From Mycobacterium sp. (GTDB lineage Bacteria > Actinomycetota > Actinomycetes > Mycobacteriales > Mycobacteriaceae), in NCBI GenBank assembly GCA_046095365.1, contig JBJTJF010000077.1: DNA of 64,000 nt; one strand, given 5' to 3'. Within the stretch, counting starts at the first letter, position 1; each line of letters starts with the position of its first letter. Positions 1 to 9,573 of this stretch are shown here, one piece after another. The notes beneath the pieces are model-generated. The model saw only the letters and a program-made list of their open reading frames with translations, was not told the DNA's origin and did not search any database. Made by a program: the position numbers and the translations under genes.

Positions 1-66
1 TCGGGCCACGCCGTCGAACATCGACGCGACGTCGCGAGGATCCTTGTCCAGGGACGCGCGGCTCAC
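1..66 (-). CDS. menG: Demethylmenaquinone methyltransferase, N-terminal 22 codons (runs off window)
   Basis: Minus strand from GTG at 66 reads [22 protein letters not shown], the recognisable N-terminus of mycobacterial MenG/MenH (Rv0558). A TAGCGT -10-like hexamer lies 7 nt upstream. Confidence 0.9.
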   Translation of the reverse strand, partial: MSRASLDKDPRDVASMFDGVAR

Positions 67-79
67 CCGGCCGACGCTA

Positions 80-244
80 TCAAGCGCGGCGCTTGGAGAA
101 CTCCGCGGCCTGACGAGAGCGAGCGGCCATCCGCTCGCTGAGGTGGATCAGCCGGTCCTCGTGTCCGGCCGGCATGGTGTACGCCAACTGGCGCAGTTCT
201 ACGGCGAAACCCTGTAGATCATCCCGGAACGAGCTGTCACTCAT
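80..244 (-). CDS. Small hypothetical protein (54 aa)
   Basis: ATG at 244 with GGGAGG SD-like motif upstream. Sequence [45 protein letters not shown] looks helical and protein-like, and it is co-oriented with its neighbours. Confidence 0.6.
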   Translation of the reverse strand: MSDSSFRDDLQGFAVELRQLAYTMPAGHEDRLIHLSERMAARSRQAAEFSKRRA

Positions 245-375
245 CTGTGAACACCTCCCCAATCATCAGAGCTGTGCGTGAAAGTGCTTGCACGTGTTGG
301 AATTTGATCGTCGTTGAGTTGTCTACCCATTGTGCGCCGGGCCACACCGTTGACGGAAGAGGTCTTAGCGGAATC

Positions 376-930
376 TCACGTGAACATTGTGTTTCGGCTC
401 TGTTGCGCGACGGGCCTCCCGCGCTCCAGACGAACCAGCCCCGCAAGTAGTCCCACGCCGATCAGCCAGCCGGCGACCGCGACCGAGCCGGCCGGGATGA
501 TCGCCAGGGTCGCGTTCCGGTTCTGCACCCGGACCATGTTCGGGTTGTTCCTGTCGTACTCGACGTAGATGCGCATCCCGGTCGCCAGCTCCGAGGGGTA
601 CAGCACCCCCAACTCGGGCCGGTAGGTGACGCGATCAGGTGTGACGAACTCGATGGTCGAGCGGCGCGGACCGGCGGAGAGCACCTCCGCCTCGGCAACT
701 GCGAGGTGCCGTTCGATCTGGCGATCGTTGCGCCAGGCGCCGACGACGAGCAGGACCGACTGCAGGGTGACGATCCCGATCAGGACCCAGACCGCCATCT
801 TGGCCCAGCGCAGCATCTTGCGGTCCAGCGGATCGGGCAGGTCGGGATCCCGGCTCGGCAGCGCTGCCTCCACCATGGCCCGAATCCGCGCGAGCACGGC
901 GCGGGCCGGAAGCCGGCCGGCACGGGTCAC
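376..930 (-). CDS. Membrane protein, Rv0556-like (DUF3592-type)
   Basis: TLQSVLLVVGAWRND, EVLSAGPRRSTIEFVTPDRVTYRPELGVLYPSEL match Rv0556 as recalled. Directly follows menD. Confidence 0.85.
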   Translation of the reverse strand: MTRAGRLPARAVLARIRAMVEAALPSRDPDLPDPLDRKMLRWAKMAVWVLIGIVTLQSVLLVVGAWRNDRQIERHLAVAEAEVLSAGPRRSTIEFVTPDRVTYRPELGVLYPSELATGMRIYVEYDRNNPNMVRVQNRNATLAIIPAGSVAVAGWLIGVGLLAGLVRLERGRPVAQQSRNTMFT

Positions 931-978
931 AGTGCCGCCCGGGTCACAGTGCCGCCCGGATCACAGTGCCGCCCGGAT
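927..978 (-). repeat. 3 x 17-bp tandem repeat of the menD stop/next-start junction
   Basis: Plus strand reads tcacagtgccgcccggg tcacagtgccgcccgga tcacagtgccgcccgga. Confidence 0.95.
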
Positions 979-2586
979 CGCGGCGTGCAACTGTCGCAGC
1001 GACGAGCGGTCCGCTTTGACCTCCAGCACCCGTATGCCGTCGTGCGGTTCCTCGAGGGCCGCACCCAGATCGCCGACCTCGATCTGGCGGGCGTCCACGT
1101 GGTATGCGCGACACAGCGCGCCGACGTCGACGTCGTGCGGAGTGCCGAACACCCGGGATGAGACGTCGGAGAACCGCGGGTCACCCTGCTCGAGGAGCTC
1201 GAAGATGCCGCCGCCGTTGTCGTTGGACACCACGATGGTCAGGTCGTGCGGGATGGGCTCGGTGGGGCCGATCAGCAGGCCGGAGGCGTCGTGGACGAAG
1301 GTCAGATCGCCCAGCAGGGCGACGGTTCGCCCGGTGTGCGCCAGCGCCGCGCCGATGGCCGTGGACACGGTGCCGTCGATGCCGGCCACCCCGCGATTGG
1401 ACCGCACCGTGACGCCCGCGGTGCACAGCCCGGCCAGGGCCGCGTCGCGAACCGGGTTCGAGGCGCCCAGCACCAGCTGGTCGCCGGGCCGCAGCGCGGC
1501 GGCAACCGCGGCGGCCACGTGCAGCCCGGTGGTCAGCGGGTGGGCTGCCAGTTGCTCGGCGACCACGGAGTTGACACGGGCGCCGGCCTCGGCGCAGCGG
1601 CGCAGCCAGTCCGGGTCGGGCGTGCCGACGGTCTCCGCGCGGGTGCCGGCGGCCATCGAATTCCCGGACACGTCCGGCCAGCGCGGACCGGTGGTCAGCG
1701 CGTAGACCGGCACCGCGGGGTCGGCCAGCAGGGCCGAGACCGGCCGGTGCAGGGTGGGCCGGCCCAGCATGATCACCTGCCGCGGCCGCAGCAGCGTCAG
1801 CGCCAGCGGATGCAGCGGAGTGGCCGGGTGCGGGGCCGTCGGCTCGGCGACGGTGGGCAGATGCGCCAGGTTCGGATGAGTTCCCGCCCCGTGGCCGGCG
1901 ATGACCACGGTGTCCTCGGTGAGGTCCACACAAACCGGTTCGTCGAAGCTGACCGGCGGGGTGGAGGTCCATGGTCGAGCGTCGGGTCGGCCCGCCGGGA
2001 AATCCTGCGGATCCGAATTCTCATCGGGCACAAGGGGTTCACGCAGCGGTATGTCGAATTGAACCGGCCCGGCGTTGGCCGTGCGAGCCCCGGTGGCGGC
2101 GGCGAGCACCCGGCAGGTGGCCGAACGCCACGACGCGTTCAACTCCGCCGTCCGCCCGGGGTCGTCCTCCGCCAGCCCCAGACTGATCGCGGCGCGCACC
2201 TGGCTGCCGAAGTAACCCAGCTGCTCCATGGTCTGGTTTGCGCCGGTGCCGAGCAACTCGTAGGGCCGGTTGGCGGACAGCACGATCAGTGGCACCCGGG
2301 CGTAGTTGGCCTCGACCACGGCCGGACCGAGGTTGGCCACCGCGGTGCCCGAGGTCATCGCTATCGGCACCGGCCGGCCGCTGCCGACCGCGAGCCCGAT
2401 GGCCAGGTAGCCTGCGGTGCGCTCGTCGATGCGCACGTGCAGCCGCAGCCGTCCCGCGCGGTCGGCGTCAGCCAGGGCGAAAGCAAGCGGGGCGTTGCGG
2501 GAGCCGGGGCATAGCACGACGTCACGGACGCCGCCGCGAATCAGTTCGTCGACGACGACCCGGGCCTGAGTCGTCGAGGGGTTCAC
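961..2586 (-). CDS. menD: SEPHCHC synthase (ThDP-dependent)
   Basis: Start GTG 2586: [77 protein letters not shown]. Confidence 0.97.
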   Translation of the reverse strand: MNPSTTQARVVVDELIRGGVRDVVLCPGSRNAPLAFALADADRAGRLRLHVRIDERTAGYLAIGLAVGSGRPVPIAMTSGTAVANLGPAVVEANYARVPLIVLSANRPYELLGTGANQTMEQLGYFGSQVRAAISLGLAEDDPGRTAELNASWRSATCRVLAAATGARTANAGPVQFDIPLREPLVPDENSDPQDFPAGRPDARPWTSTPPVSFDEPVCVDLTEDTVVIAGHGAGTHPNLAHLPTVAEPTAPHPATPLHPLALTLLRPRQVIMLGRPTLHRPVSALLADPAVPVYALTTGPRWPDVSGNSMAAGTRAETVGTPDPDWLRRCAEAGARVNSVVAEQLAAHPLTTGLHVAAAVAAALRPGDQLVLGASNPVRDAALAGLCTAGVTVRSNRGVAGIDGTVSTAIGAALAHTGRTVALLGDLTFVHDASGLLIGPTEPIPHDLTIVVSNDNGGGIFELLEQGDPRFSDVSSRVFGTPHDVDVGALCRAYHVDARQIEVGDLGAALEEPHDGIRVLEVKADRSSLRQLHAAIRAAL

Positions 2587-2618
2587 CCCTACAGGGTGGC
2601 ACAGCCGGTGAACCGCGA

Positions 2619-3404
2619 CTAAATAAGCGTTCCGGCGAAGAAGTCCAGCATGGCCCGGTTGACCGCCTCGTAACGCTCCAGGAATCCGAGGTGTCCGGCG
2701 TTGGCGATCTGGACGTAGCGGCCGCGGGGGATCGCCTCCCCCACCTCCCTGCCCAGGGCCGGCGGGGTCACGACGTCGTCGGCGAAGCCGATTACGAGCA
2801 CCTCGGTCGGGATCGAGCGGTAGGCCGGCAGCCGGTTCTCCGTCGGCGCCACCGCCAGCTGCGCACGCCATCCGGGGGTCCGCTTGAGCGGGAACGCGGT
2901 GAACATCTGCAGCCACTCGTCGATCGCCGGGGAGTTGATGGTCTTGGGCGAGAAGTTCTCCAGGATGCGGATCTTGGCGGCGAAGGAGGCCGGCAGCTCG
3001 ACTCCGGCCTCGGCGAGTTCGAGGTCCGCGGTCCGGAACGCCAGACGAGTGGGATCCACCCGGCCCCGGGTGCCCATCAGCACCGCCTGGCGCACCAGGT
3101 CGGGCCGCACCAGCATCAACTCCTGGGCGATGAACGCGCCCATCGACATCGCCACCACCCGGGTGGGCCCGCCGATCACGGTCTCGATGATGTCGACGGT
3201 GTCGGCGACCATCTGAGCGGTGTCGAACCCGTCGGCGTTCTCGGTGGCCGCCACTCCGCGGTTGTCGAAGGTGACGCAGCGGTAGCCCGCCCGCTGGAAC
3301 ACCGGGACCTGATGGATGTGCCAGGTGCGGCCGGCCCCGCCGGTTCCGGCGATGAACAGCACCGGGTCACCCGAACCGGTGTCGTCGTAGAGCAGGTTCG
3401 TCAC
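2619..3404 (-). CDS. bpoC: Alpha/beta hydrolase, BpoC-like (Rv0554)
   Basis: [24 protein letters not shown], nucleophile [11 protein letters not shown]. Lies between menC and menD. Confidence 0.85.
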   Translation of the reverse strand: MTNLLYDDTGSGDPVLFIAGTGGAGRTWHIHQVPVFQRAGYRCVTFDNRGVAATENADGFDTAQMVADTVDIIETVIGGPTRVVAMSMGAFIAQELMLVRPDLVRQAVLMGTRGRVDPTRLAFRTADLELAEAGVELPASFAAKIRILENFSPKTINSPAIDEWLQMFTAFPLKRTPGWRAQLAVAPTENRLPAYRSIPTEVLVIGFADDVVTPPALGREVGEAIPRGRYVQIANAGHLGFLERYEAVNRAMLDFFAGTLI

Positions 3405-3446
3405 GGCGCGACGGTAGCAGTGCGCCGTTGAATTCCCGGCAACGGT

Positions 3447-4436
3447 CTATCCGGACGCCGTCTGCCCCGACGAGGACTGATCGATCAGAAGCGGATAGCA
3501 CTCCCGGACCCGGTCAACCCACCACCGGCGACGTTCGGCGGGGACGGCCAGACTTCTCAGGCGGTCCGGGTCCGGGGTGACGCCGACGACGGGAAGGTGA
3601 CCGTCGAGGACCTCGAGATCGGCGACGTCGGTGACGAACAGTCCTCCGGTGCCCAGGCCGCAGGCGTGCTCCAGACGGGGCAGCGCGGCAGCCGCCGCGA
3701 GTCCGGCCGCGATCCCGACCGCCGAGTCCAGGGCACTGGAGACGACCACCGGGATGTCGACCCGGGCGGCGATGTCGAGCACCGCGGCGATTCCGCCCAG
3801 CGGGGCGACCTTGAGCACGGCGACGTCGGCGGCTCCGGCCCGCACCACGGCCAGCGGGTCCTGCGCCCTGCGGATGCTCTCGTCGGCGGCCACCGCGACA
3901 TCGGTGCGGGCGCGGACCTCGGCCAGTTCCGGGACCGTGCGGCAGGGCTGCTCGACGTATTCCAGCGGCCCGTCGGCGGTCAGCGCACGCAGCGCGGCTG
4001 CCGCCTGATCGACGCTCCAGCCGCCGTTGGCGTCCACCCGCACCGTGGGCACCAGCGCCCGAACCTCGTTCACCCGTTCCACGTCGTCCCGCAGCGTCTG
4101 CCCGGCCTCGGCGACCTTGACCTTCGCCGTCGTCGCACCCGGGAACCGGGCCAACACGCCGGGCACCTCCGCCGGTCCGACCGCGGGCACGGTGGCGTTG
4201 ATCGGGATACGCTGCCTCAAGGCCAAAGGCTTTGGGCGATAGGCAGATTCGATAGCCGAGGCCAGCCAGTGCACCGCCTCGGCAGGCCCGTACTCGGGAA
4301 ACGCCCCGAACTCGCCCCAGCCGGCGGGCCCGTCGACGAGCGCCACTTCACGAACGGTGACTCCGCGGAACCGCACCCGCATGGGAAGCGCCAGGACATG
4401 CAGCCGGTCCAGCAGGTCCTCCAGCGCGGGACGCAT
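3447..4436 (-). CDS. menC: o-succinylbenzoate synthase
   Basis: ATG 4436: LPMRVRFRGVTVREVAL, KVKV, RVDANGGW, EYVEQP, ADESIR, LKVAPLGG enolase-family motifs. Confidence 0.95.
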   Translation of the reverse strand: MRPALEDLLDRLHVLALPMRVRFRGVTVREVALVDGPAGWGEFGAFPEYGPAEAVHWLASAIESAYRPKPLALRQRIPINATVPAVGPAEVPGVLARFPGATTAKVKVAEAGQTLRDDVERVNEVRALVPTVRVDANGGWSVDQAAAALRALTADGPLEYVEQPCRTVPELAEVRARTDVAVAADESIRRAQDPLAVVRAGAADVAVLKVAPLGGIAAVLDIAARVDIPVVVSSALDSAVGIAAGLAAAAALPRLEHACGLGTGGLFVTDVADLEVLDGHLPVVGVTPDPDRLRSLAVPAERRRWWVDRVRECYPLLIDQSSSGQTASG

Positions 4437-6004
4437 CAGATGGCGCGGTCGCGGTTCTCCCAGTAGGGCTTGCGCAGGTCCTTCTTCAGCAGCTTGCCGG
4501 TCGGGTTGCGGGGCAGCACGTCCATGATGTCGACGCTCTTGGGGCACTTGTAGTGCGCCAGCTTCTCCCGGCACCAGGCGATCAGCTCCTCGGAGGTGGT
4601 CTGCTGGCCCTCGGACAGTTCGACGACGGCCTTGACCGACTCACCCCACTTCTCGTCCGGGATCCCGAACACAGCGGCGTCCAGCACGGCCGGATGGTCG
4701 GTCAGCGCCCGCTCCACCTCGACGGAGTAGATGTTCTCCCCGCCGGAGATGATCATGTCCTTGAGCCTGTCCTCGACGAAGACGAAGCCCTCGTCGTCGA
4801 CCCGGCCGATGTCGCCGGTGCGGAACCAGCCGTCGGCCGTGATCACTTCTTTGGTGGCCTCCGGCTTGTTGTGGTAGCCGTCCATCAGCTGCGGAGTGCG
4901 GAACCACAGCTCCCCGGGCTGCCCGACCGGCACATCCTCGAGGGTGTCGGGGTTCACGACGCGGACCTCGACCTTCTGCGCGGGCTGGCCGGCACTGGTC
5001 AGCCGTTCGGGGTGGGACGGGTCGCGGTGGGCCTCAGGGGACAGCTGGGTGACCGCTCCGCACACCTCGGTCAGGCCGTAGACCTGCACGAAGTCGGTGT
5101 CGGGGAACGCTGCCAGTGCCTTGGCCAGCAGGGCCGGCGGCATCGGAGAGGCGCCGTAGACGAAGGTGCGCAACTTGTTGAAGATCTCGATGGCGCCGGG
5201 TCCGGCCTCCATCACCTTGCCCAGCACCGCGGGGACCAGGAAGGTCCGGGTGGCGCCCTGCAGTATCGCCGCGCCCAGCGTCGGGCCGTCCACCTCGCGG
5301 GTCACGATGCTGGGGATGCCGGCGTGGATGCCCAGCTGCGCATAGGAGGAGCCGCCCACGTGGAACAGTGGCATGGAGACCATGTTCATGTCATCGGCGT
5401 CGAACTGGAAGGTCGCGGCGTTGAGGGTGTGCGCCACCAGGTTGGCCTGGGAAAGCCTGACACCCTTGGGCTTTCCGGTCGTTCCGGAGGAATACATGAT
5501 CACGCACACGTCCTCGGGCTGCACGTCCGCGCCGCGTCCGCGCGGGGTGGCCTCGGCCAGCATGGCCTCGTACTCGTCGCCGTCGGCTCCGGACGGTGTG
5601 ACGCTGACGACGTGCTCGACGCCGGGGATGCGGTCACGGATCTTGTCGACCGAATCCCTGAGTTCCTCGCCGACGATGATGAGCTTGGCGCCGGAGTCGT
5701 TGAGGACGTAGTCCATCTCGTCGGCGGCAAGCCGGAAGTTGATGATCGCCGTCGCCGCGCCCAGGCTCGCCGCGGCCAGCGTGGTCTCCACGCAGGCCGG
5801 GTGGTTCTTGTCCAGGAAGGCCACCACGTCGCCGCGCCCGACGCCACGCTCGGACAGCGCGCCGGCCAGCCGGCGCACCCGGTCGTCGAACTTGGCCCAG
5901 GTGAAGCTGCGGCCCAGGTAACTGATCGCCTCCTCGTCCGGTTTCACCGTGGCCCAGTAGGACAGGCGGTCGTCGAGAAAGCGCGGTTCCGGGGCTTGTT
6001 CCAT
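4436..6004 (-). CDS. Long-chain fatty acid-CoA ligase (FadD family)
   Basis: YSSGTTGKPKG, YGLTE, GWFRTGDIG, DRLKDMIISGGENIYSVEVE, RNPTGK. Its stop overlaps the menC ATG (TGATG). Confidence 0.92.
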   Translation of the reverse strand: MEQAPEPRFLDDRLSYWATVKPDEEAISYLGRSFTWAKFDDRVRRLAGALSERGVGRGDVVAFLDKNHPACVETTLAAASLGAATAIINFRLAADEMDYVLNDSGAKLIIVGEELRDSVDKIRDRIPGVEHVVSVTPSGADGDEYEAMLAEATPRGRGADVQPEDVCVIMYSSGTTGKPKGVRLSQANLVAHTLNAATFQFDADDMNMVSMPLFHVGGSSYAQLGIHAGIPSIVTREVDGPTLGAAILQGATRTFLVPAVLGKVMEAGPGAIEIFNKLRTFVYGASPMPPALLAKALAAFPDTDFVQVYGLTEVCGAVTQLSPEAHRDPSHPERLTSAGQPAQKVEVRVVNPDTLEDVPVGQPGELWFRTPQLMDGYHNKPEATKEVITADGWFRTGDIGRVDDEGFVFVEDRLKDMIISGGENIYSVEVERALTDHPAVLDAAVFGIPDEKWGESVKAVVELSEGQQTTSEELIAWCREKLAHYKCPKSVDIMDVLPRNPTGKLLKKDLRKPYWENRDRAI

Positions 6005-6117
6005 ACGCATCAGCGTGCCACCAGCTGCCCTCCCGATCGACCGGTTTCCCGCAATCGGTGACCGTGCTTGTCCTCGCCGCTAACGGCCCGTCGACCCGCG
6101 GTTGCGGCGAACAACGC

Positions 6118-7656
6118 TCAGTCCGGCCGGGCCGCTGCCCGCGGCCGCAGCAACACCAGCGCGGCGACGATCGCGGCCGCCGGCACCACCGCCATGATCA
6201 GGCTCACGTCGTGGATCGCCGAGAGCCAGCTGCCGGTGGACTCCGAGACCACCCAGCGGGCCTGTTCGGGATCCAGCACCTCGCTGCCCGCCGCGGGGCT
6301 GGGCGCGCCGCCGTGCGCCACCCGCAGGGCGTCGCGGGCCTGCTCCTCGCTGATGCCGGAGCCCTCCAGCTTGCGGCGGCCGTCACGCAGGAACAGCGTG
6401 GTGCCCACCAGGGCGAACAGCGCCGGACCCAGCGAATAGGCGGCCTGTCCCACCGCCGGCTTGACCGCAGACACCACCCCGCCGAGTTCCGGCGGCGCAC
6501 TGGACATCATGATCGTCGACTGGGGTGTCTGCACCACGGCGCCGCCGATTGCGTTGAGCGCGACGGCGATTCCCAGGTAGGCGATCGGGGTGCGGGTGTC
6601 CAGCACCACCAGCATGAGCATGCTGGCCAGCAGGATCACCAAACCGGCCACCAGCACCGCCCGCTCGCCGAAGCGGACGACGGCCCGGCCGGCCAGCACC
6701 GCGGCCCCCGACGCGATCAGCATCGCGGGGATCAGGAGCAGCCCGAGGACTTCGGGAGACTTGCCGCGGAGGGTGACCAGGTAGTAGGCGAACAGGATGG
6801 TGCCGCCGCCGCCGAGGAAGTTGAAGGTGGCCCCGGCGATCAGCGCCGCGTTGAACCGGCCCGACCGGAAGATCCGCATGTCCAGGGCGGGGGTGTCGGT
6901 GTGCAACTCCCACAGCACGAACGCCACCCCCAGCGCCAGGCCGACCGCGATCAGGACCAGAGCCCCGGCGCTGACGCCGCCCTGCAGTTCGGTCAGTCCG
7001 TAGATGACGGTGACCAGAGCGACCGCGATCAGCGCGATCCCCGGAATGTCCAGCTTGCGTTGGTCTTTGACGGTCTCCGGCACGTAGCGGAGGGTGATGA
7101 CGAGGGTGAGCAGGGCCAGCGCCGGGGTGACAAGTAGGCATGTCCGCCAGCCGTAATGGCTTGCCAGCCAGCCCCCGAGGGCAGGCTGGAACACCGCAAG
7201 CGCATGGCCCGCACCCAGGTAGGCCGCGATCGCGGCGGCCCTGCGGCCGGGCGGGAAGACCGCGTTGATGATCGCCAGCGAGAGCCCGAGCACGAACGCG
7301 AACGCGATCCCGAGGCCGGCGCGGGCGATGATCAGCACGGCCACATGCGGGGCGACGGCGCCGAGCACGCCGAAAACGATGGAACCGTAGGTGCCGATGA
7401 CGAACATCCGCTTCATTCCGGCCAGATCCCCCAGCGCACCCGCACCGAGCACCGCGGCGGCCAGGGTCAGGGTGCACAGGCTGGCCAGGAAACTGGCTGT
7501 GGCAGGCGTGAATTGGAGGCCCTTGCGGACTTCGGCGAGGTTGGCCGACAGCGTGGTCGGGTCGGCGGCGGTGATGCTGTAACCCAGACCCATCGCGGCG
7601 ATGGTCATTGTCGCGGCAAGGCCGGACACCTCGGCCTTGGCAGGTGTCTCCGGCAT
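6118..7656 (-). CDS. MFS transporter, DHA2/EmrB-QacA-like
   Basis: About 14 hydrophobic segments, GALGDLAGMKR motif A variant, GWRTCLLV, DMRIFRSGRF. Confidence 0.85.
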   Translation of the reverse strand: MPETPAKAEVSGLAATMTIAAMGLGYSITAADPTTLSANLAEVRKGLQFTPATASFLASLCTLTLAAAVLGAGALGDLAGMKRMFVIGTYGSIVFGVLGAVAPHVAVLIIARAGLGIAFAFVLGLSLAIINAVFPPGRRAAAIAAYLGAGHALAVFQPALGGWLASHYGWRTCLLVTPALALLTLVITLRYVPETVKDQRKLDIPGIALIAVALVTVIYGLTELQGGVSAGALVLIAVGLALGVAFVLWELHTDTPALDMRIFRSGRFNAALIAGATFNFLGGGGTILFAYYLVTLRGKSPEVLGLLLIPAMLIASGAAVLAGRAVVRFGERAVLVAGLVILLASMLMLVVLDTRTPIAYLGIAVALNAIGGAVVQTPQSTIMMSSAPPELGGVVSAVKPAVGQAAYSLGPALFALVGTTLFLRDGRRKLEGSGISEEQARDALRVAHGGAPSPAAGSEVLDPEQARWVVSESTGSWLSAIHDVSLIMAVVPAAAIVAALVLLRPRAAARPD

Positions 7657-7665
7657 TGGTCGATG

Positions 7666-7926
7666 TTATGCCCGACGCGGCCGGATGCGGACCGGTCCGC
7701 GCCAGGTGCCGTCCGGGTCCAGCGCGGTGGTGCCCTGGGTGATTTCGACGACCCCGGCGCGGGCCAGGGCGCGGGCCGCCTGGCGGGCCGGCTCCATCAG
7801 ATCCCGCCAGCCCGCGCCCCCGACGGCACGGGCCGCCTCCGACGGGCAGATGCTGCCGGCACGTCGGGACAGCAGGTCGAGGATCGCCGCGCGCAGCGCG
7901 TCGTCCGGCGGTTCGCGGTCGGACAT
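7666..7926 (-). CDS. DUF3253 family small winged-helix-like protein
   Basis: SICPSEAARAVGG..WRDLMEPARQAARALARAGVVEITQG..GPVRIR signature. Confidence 0.85.
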   Translation of the reverse strand: MSDREPPDDALRAAILDLLSRRAGSICPSEAARAVGGAGWRDLMEPARQAARALARAGVVEITQGTTALDPDGTWRGPVRIRPRRA

Positions 7927-7938
7927 ACGCGCTCTACT

Positions 7939-7974
7939 GTGTCACTCATGACCGACGTGTCACTCATGACCGAC
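7939..7974 (+). repeat. 2 x 18-bp tandem duplication spanning the fadD8 start codon
   Basis: gtgtcactcatgaccgac occurs twice, giving MTDVSLMTDHL. Confidence 0.9.
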
Positions 7975-9573
7975 CATTTGCGCCATCCGCTGCATTCCGG
8001 CCACCTGACCGTCGGGGCGCTGCACCGCAACGCCACCCGGCCGGTGCTGTTCCTCGGCGAGACCACCCTCACCGGCGGCGAACTGGCCGGCCGCATCAGT
8101 CAGTTCATCCAGGCGTTCGAGGCGCTCGGGGCGGGCACCGGCGCGACCGTCGGGCTGCTGTCGCTCAACCGGCCCGAGGTGCTGATGATCATCGGCGCCG
8201 GACAGACCCAGGGCTACCGGCGCACCGCGCTGCATCCGCTGGGATCGCTCGACGACCACGCCTACGTGCTGGCCGACGCCGGCGCCACCGCGTTGATCAT
8301 CGACCCCAACCCGATGTTCGTCGAGCGGGCGGCCGGCCTGCTGGAGAAGGTCCCCTCGCTGCGGCAGGTGCTGACGCTCGGGCCGGTGCCGGCCGAACTG
8401 ACCGCGTCGAGGGCCGAGGCGGTGGACCTCATCGCCAAGGCCGCGCAGTACCCGCCGAAGCCGTTGGCGGCGGCCGATCTTCCACCCGACCACATCGGCG
8501 GTCTGACCTACACCGGCGGCACCACCGGCAAGCCCAAGGGCGTGATCGGCACGGTCAGTTCGATCATGACCATGACCACCGCGCAGCTGGCGGAGTGGGA
8601 GTGGCCGCAGCACCCCCGGTTCCTGATGTGCACCCCGCTGTCGCATGCGGGGGCGGCGTTCTTCACCCCGACGATCGTCAAGGGCGGCGAGATGATCGTG
8701 CTGCCGAAGTTCGATCCGGCCGAGGTGCTGCAGGTCATCGAGGAGCGCCGGATCACCGCAACCATGCTGGTGCCGTCGATGATCTACGCACTGATGGACC
8801 ATCCCGATTCGCACACCCGCGACCTGTCGTCGCTGGAGACGGTGTACTACGGCGCCTCGGCGATGAACCCGGTCCGGCTGGCCGAGGCGATCGAACGGTT
8901 CGGGCCGATCTTCGCGCAGTACTACGGGCAGTCCGAAGCCCCGATGGTGATCACCTACCTGGCCAGGGGCGACCACGACGCCAAACGGCTGACCTCGTGC
9001 GGTCGACCGACGCTGTTCGCGCGCACCGCGCTGCTGGACAGCGACGGAGGACCGGTGCCGCGCGGCGAGGTCGGCGAGATCTGCGTGTCGGGGCCGCTGC
9101 TGGCCGGCGGTTACTGGAACCTGCCGGATGAGACCGCAAAGACCTTCTCCGGTGGCTGGCTGCACACCGGCGACATGGCCCGGGAGGACGAGGACGGCTT
9201 CTGGCACATCGTCGACCGGGTCAAGGACATGATCGTCACCGGCGGGTTCAACGTGTTCCCCCGCGAGGTGGAGGACGTCGTCGCCGAGCATCCGGCGGTG
9301 GCGCAGGTCTGCGTGATCGGGACCCCGGACGACAGATGGGGCGAGGCGGTGACCGCGGTGATCGTGCTGCGGCCCGATCATCCCCGGGACGAGGCCGCGG
9401 TCGCGCGGGTGACCGCCGAGATCCAGGACGCGGTCAAACAGCGCAAGGGGGCGGTCCAGTCGCCCAAGCGGGTCGTCGTGGCCGACTCGGTGCCGGTGAC
9501 CGCCCTGGGCAAACCGGACAAGAAGGCGGTGCGGGCCCGGTTCTGGGAGGGTTCGGATCGTGCCGTCGGGTGA
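7948..9573 (+). CDS. fadD8: Acyl-CoA synthetase FadD8-like (Rv0551c)
   Basis: MTDHLRHPLHSGHL, YTGGTTGKPKG, QYYGQSE, GWLHTGD, KDMIVTGGFNVFPREVE. TACTGT -10 lies 7 nt before ATG 7948. Confidence 0.9.
   Translation: MTDVSLMTDHLRHPLHSGHLTVGALHRNATRPVLFLGETTLTGGELAGRISQFIQAFEALGAGTGATVGLLSLNRPEVLMIIGAGQTQGYRRTALHPLGSLDDHAYVLADAGATALIIDPNPMFVERAAGLLEKVPSLRQVLTLGPVPAELTASRAEAVDLIAKAAQYPPKPLAAADLPPDHIGGLTYTGGTTGKPKGVIGTVSSIMTMTTAQLAEWEWPQHPRFLMCTPLSHAGAAFFTPTIVKGGEMIVLPKFDPAEVLQVIEERRITATMLVPSMIYALMDHPDSHTRDLSSLETVYYGASAMNPVRLAEAIERFGPIFAQYYGQSEAPMVITYLARGDHDAKRLTSCGRPTLFARTALLDSDGGPVPRGEVGEICVSGPLLAGGYWNLPDETAKTFSGGWLHTGDMAREDEDGFWHIVDRVKDMIVTGGFNVFPREVEDVVAEHPAVAQVCVIGTPDDRWGEAVTAVIVLRPDHPRDEAAVARVTAEIQDAVKQRKGAVQSPKRVVVADSVPVTALGKPDKKAVRARFWEGSDRAVG

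Noticed and set aside
247-568. Plus-strand ORFs 247..450 and 314..568
   Set aside because: No recognisable motifs or SD. They overlap better-supported minus-strand genes and their promoter region.
926-978. GTCACAG repeats as an MtrA box or CRISPR array
   Set aside because: The period is 17 bp with no spacers, and the unit is simply the menD coding end. No cas genes are present.
961-2916. 651-aa menD ORF as called by the track
   Set aside because: The N-terminal 110 codons overlap bpoC in another frame. The recognisable MenD start is GTG 2586.
7156-7947. 805-aa version of fadD8
   Set aside because: The upstream part is antisense to the MFS and DUF3253 genes. A -10 hexamer and homology place the start at 7948.
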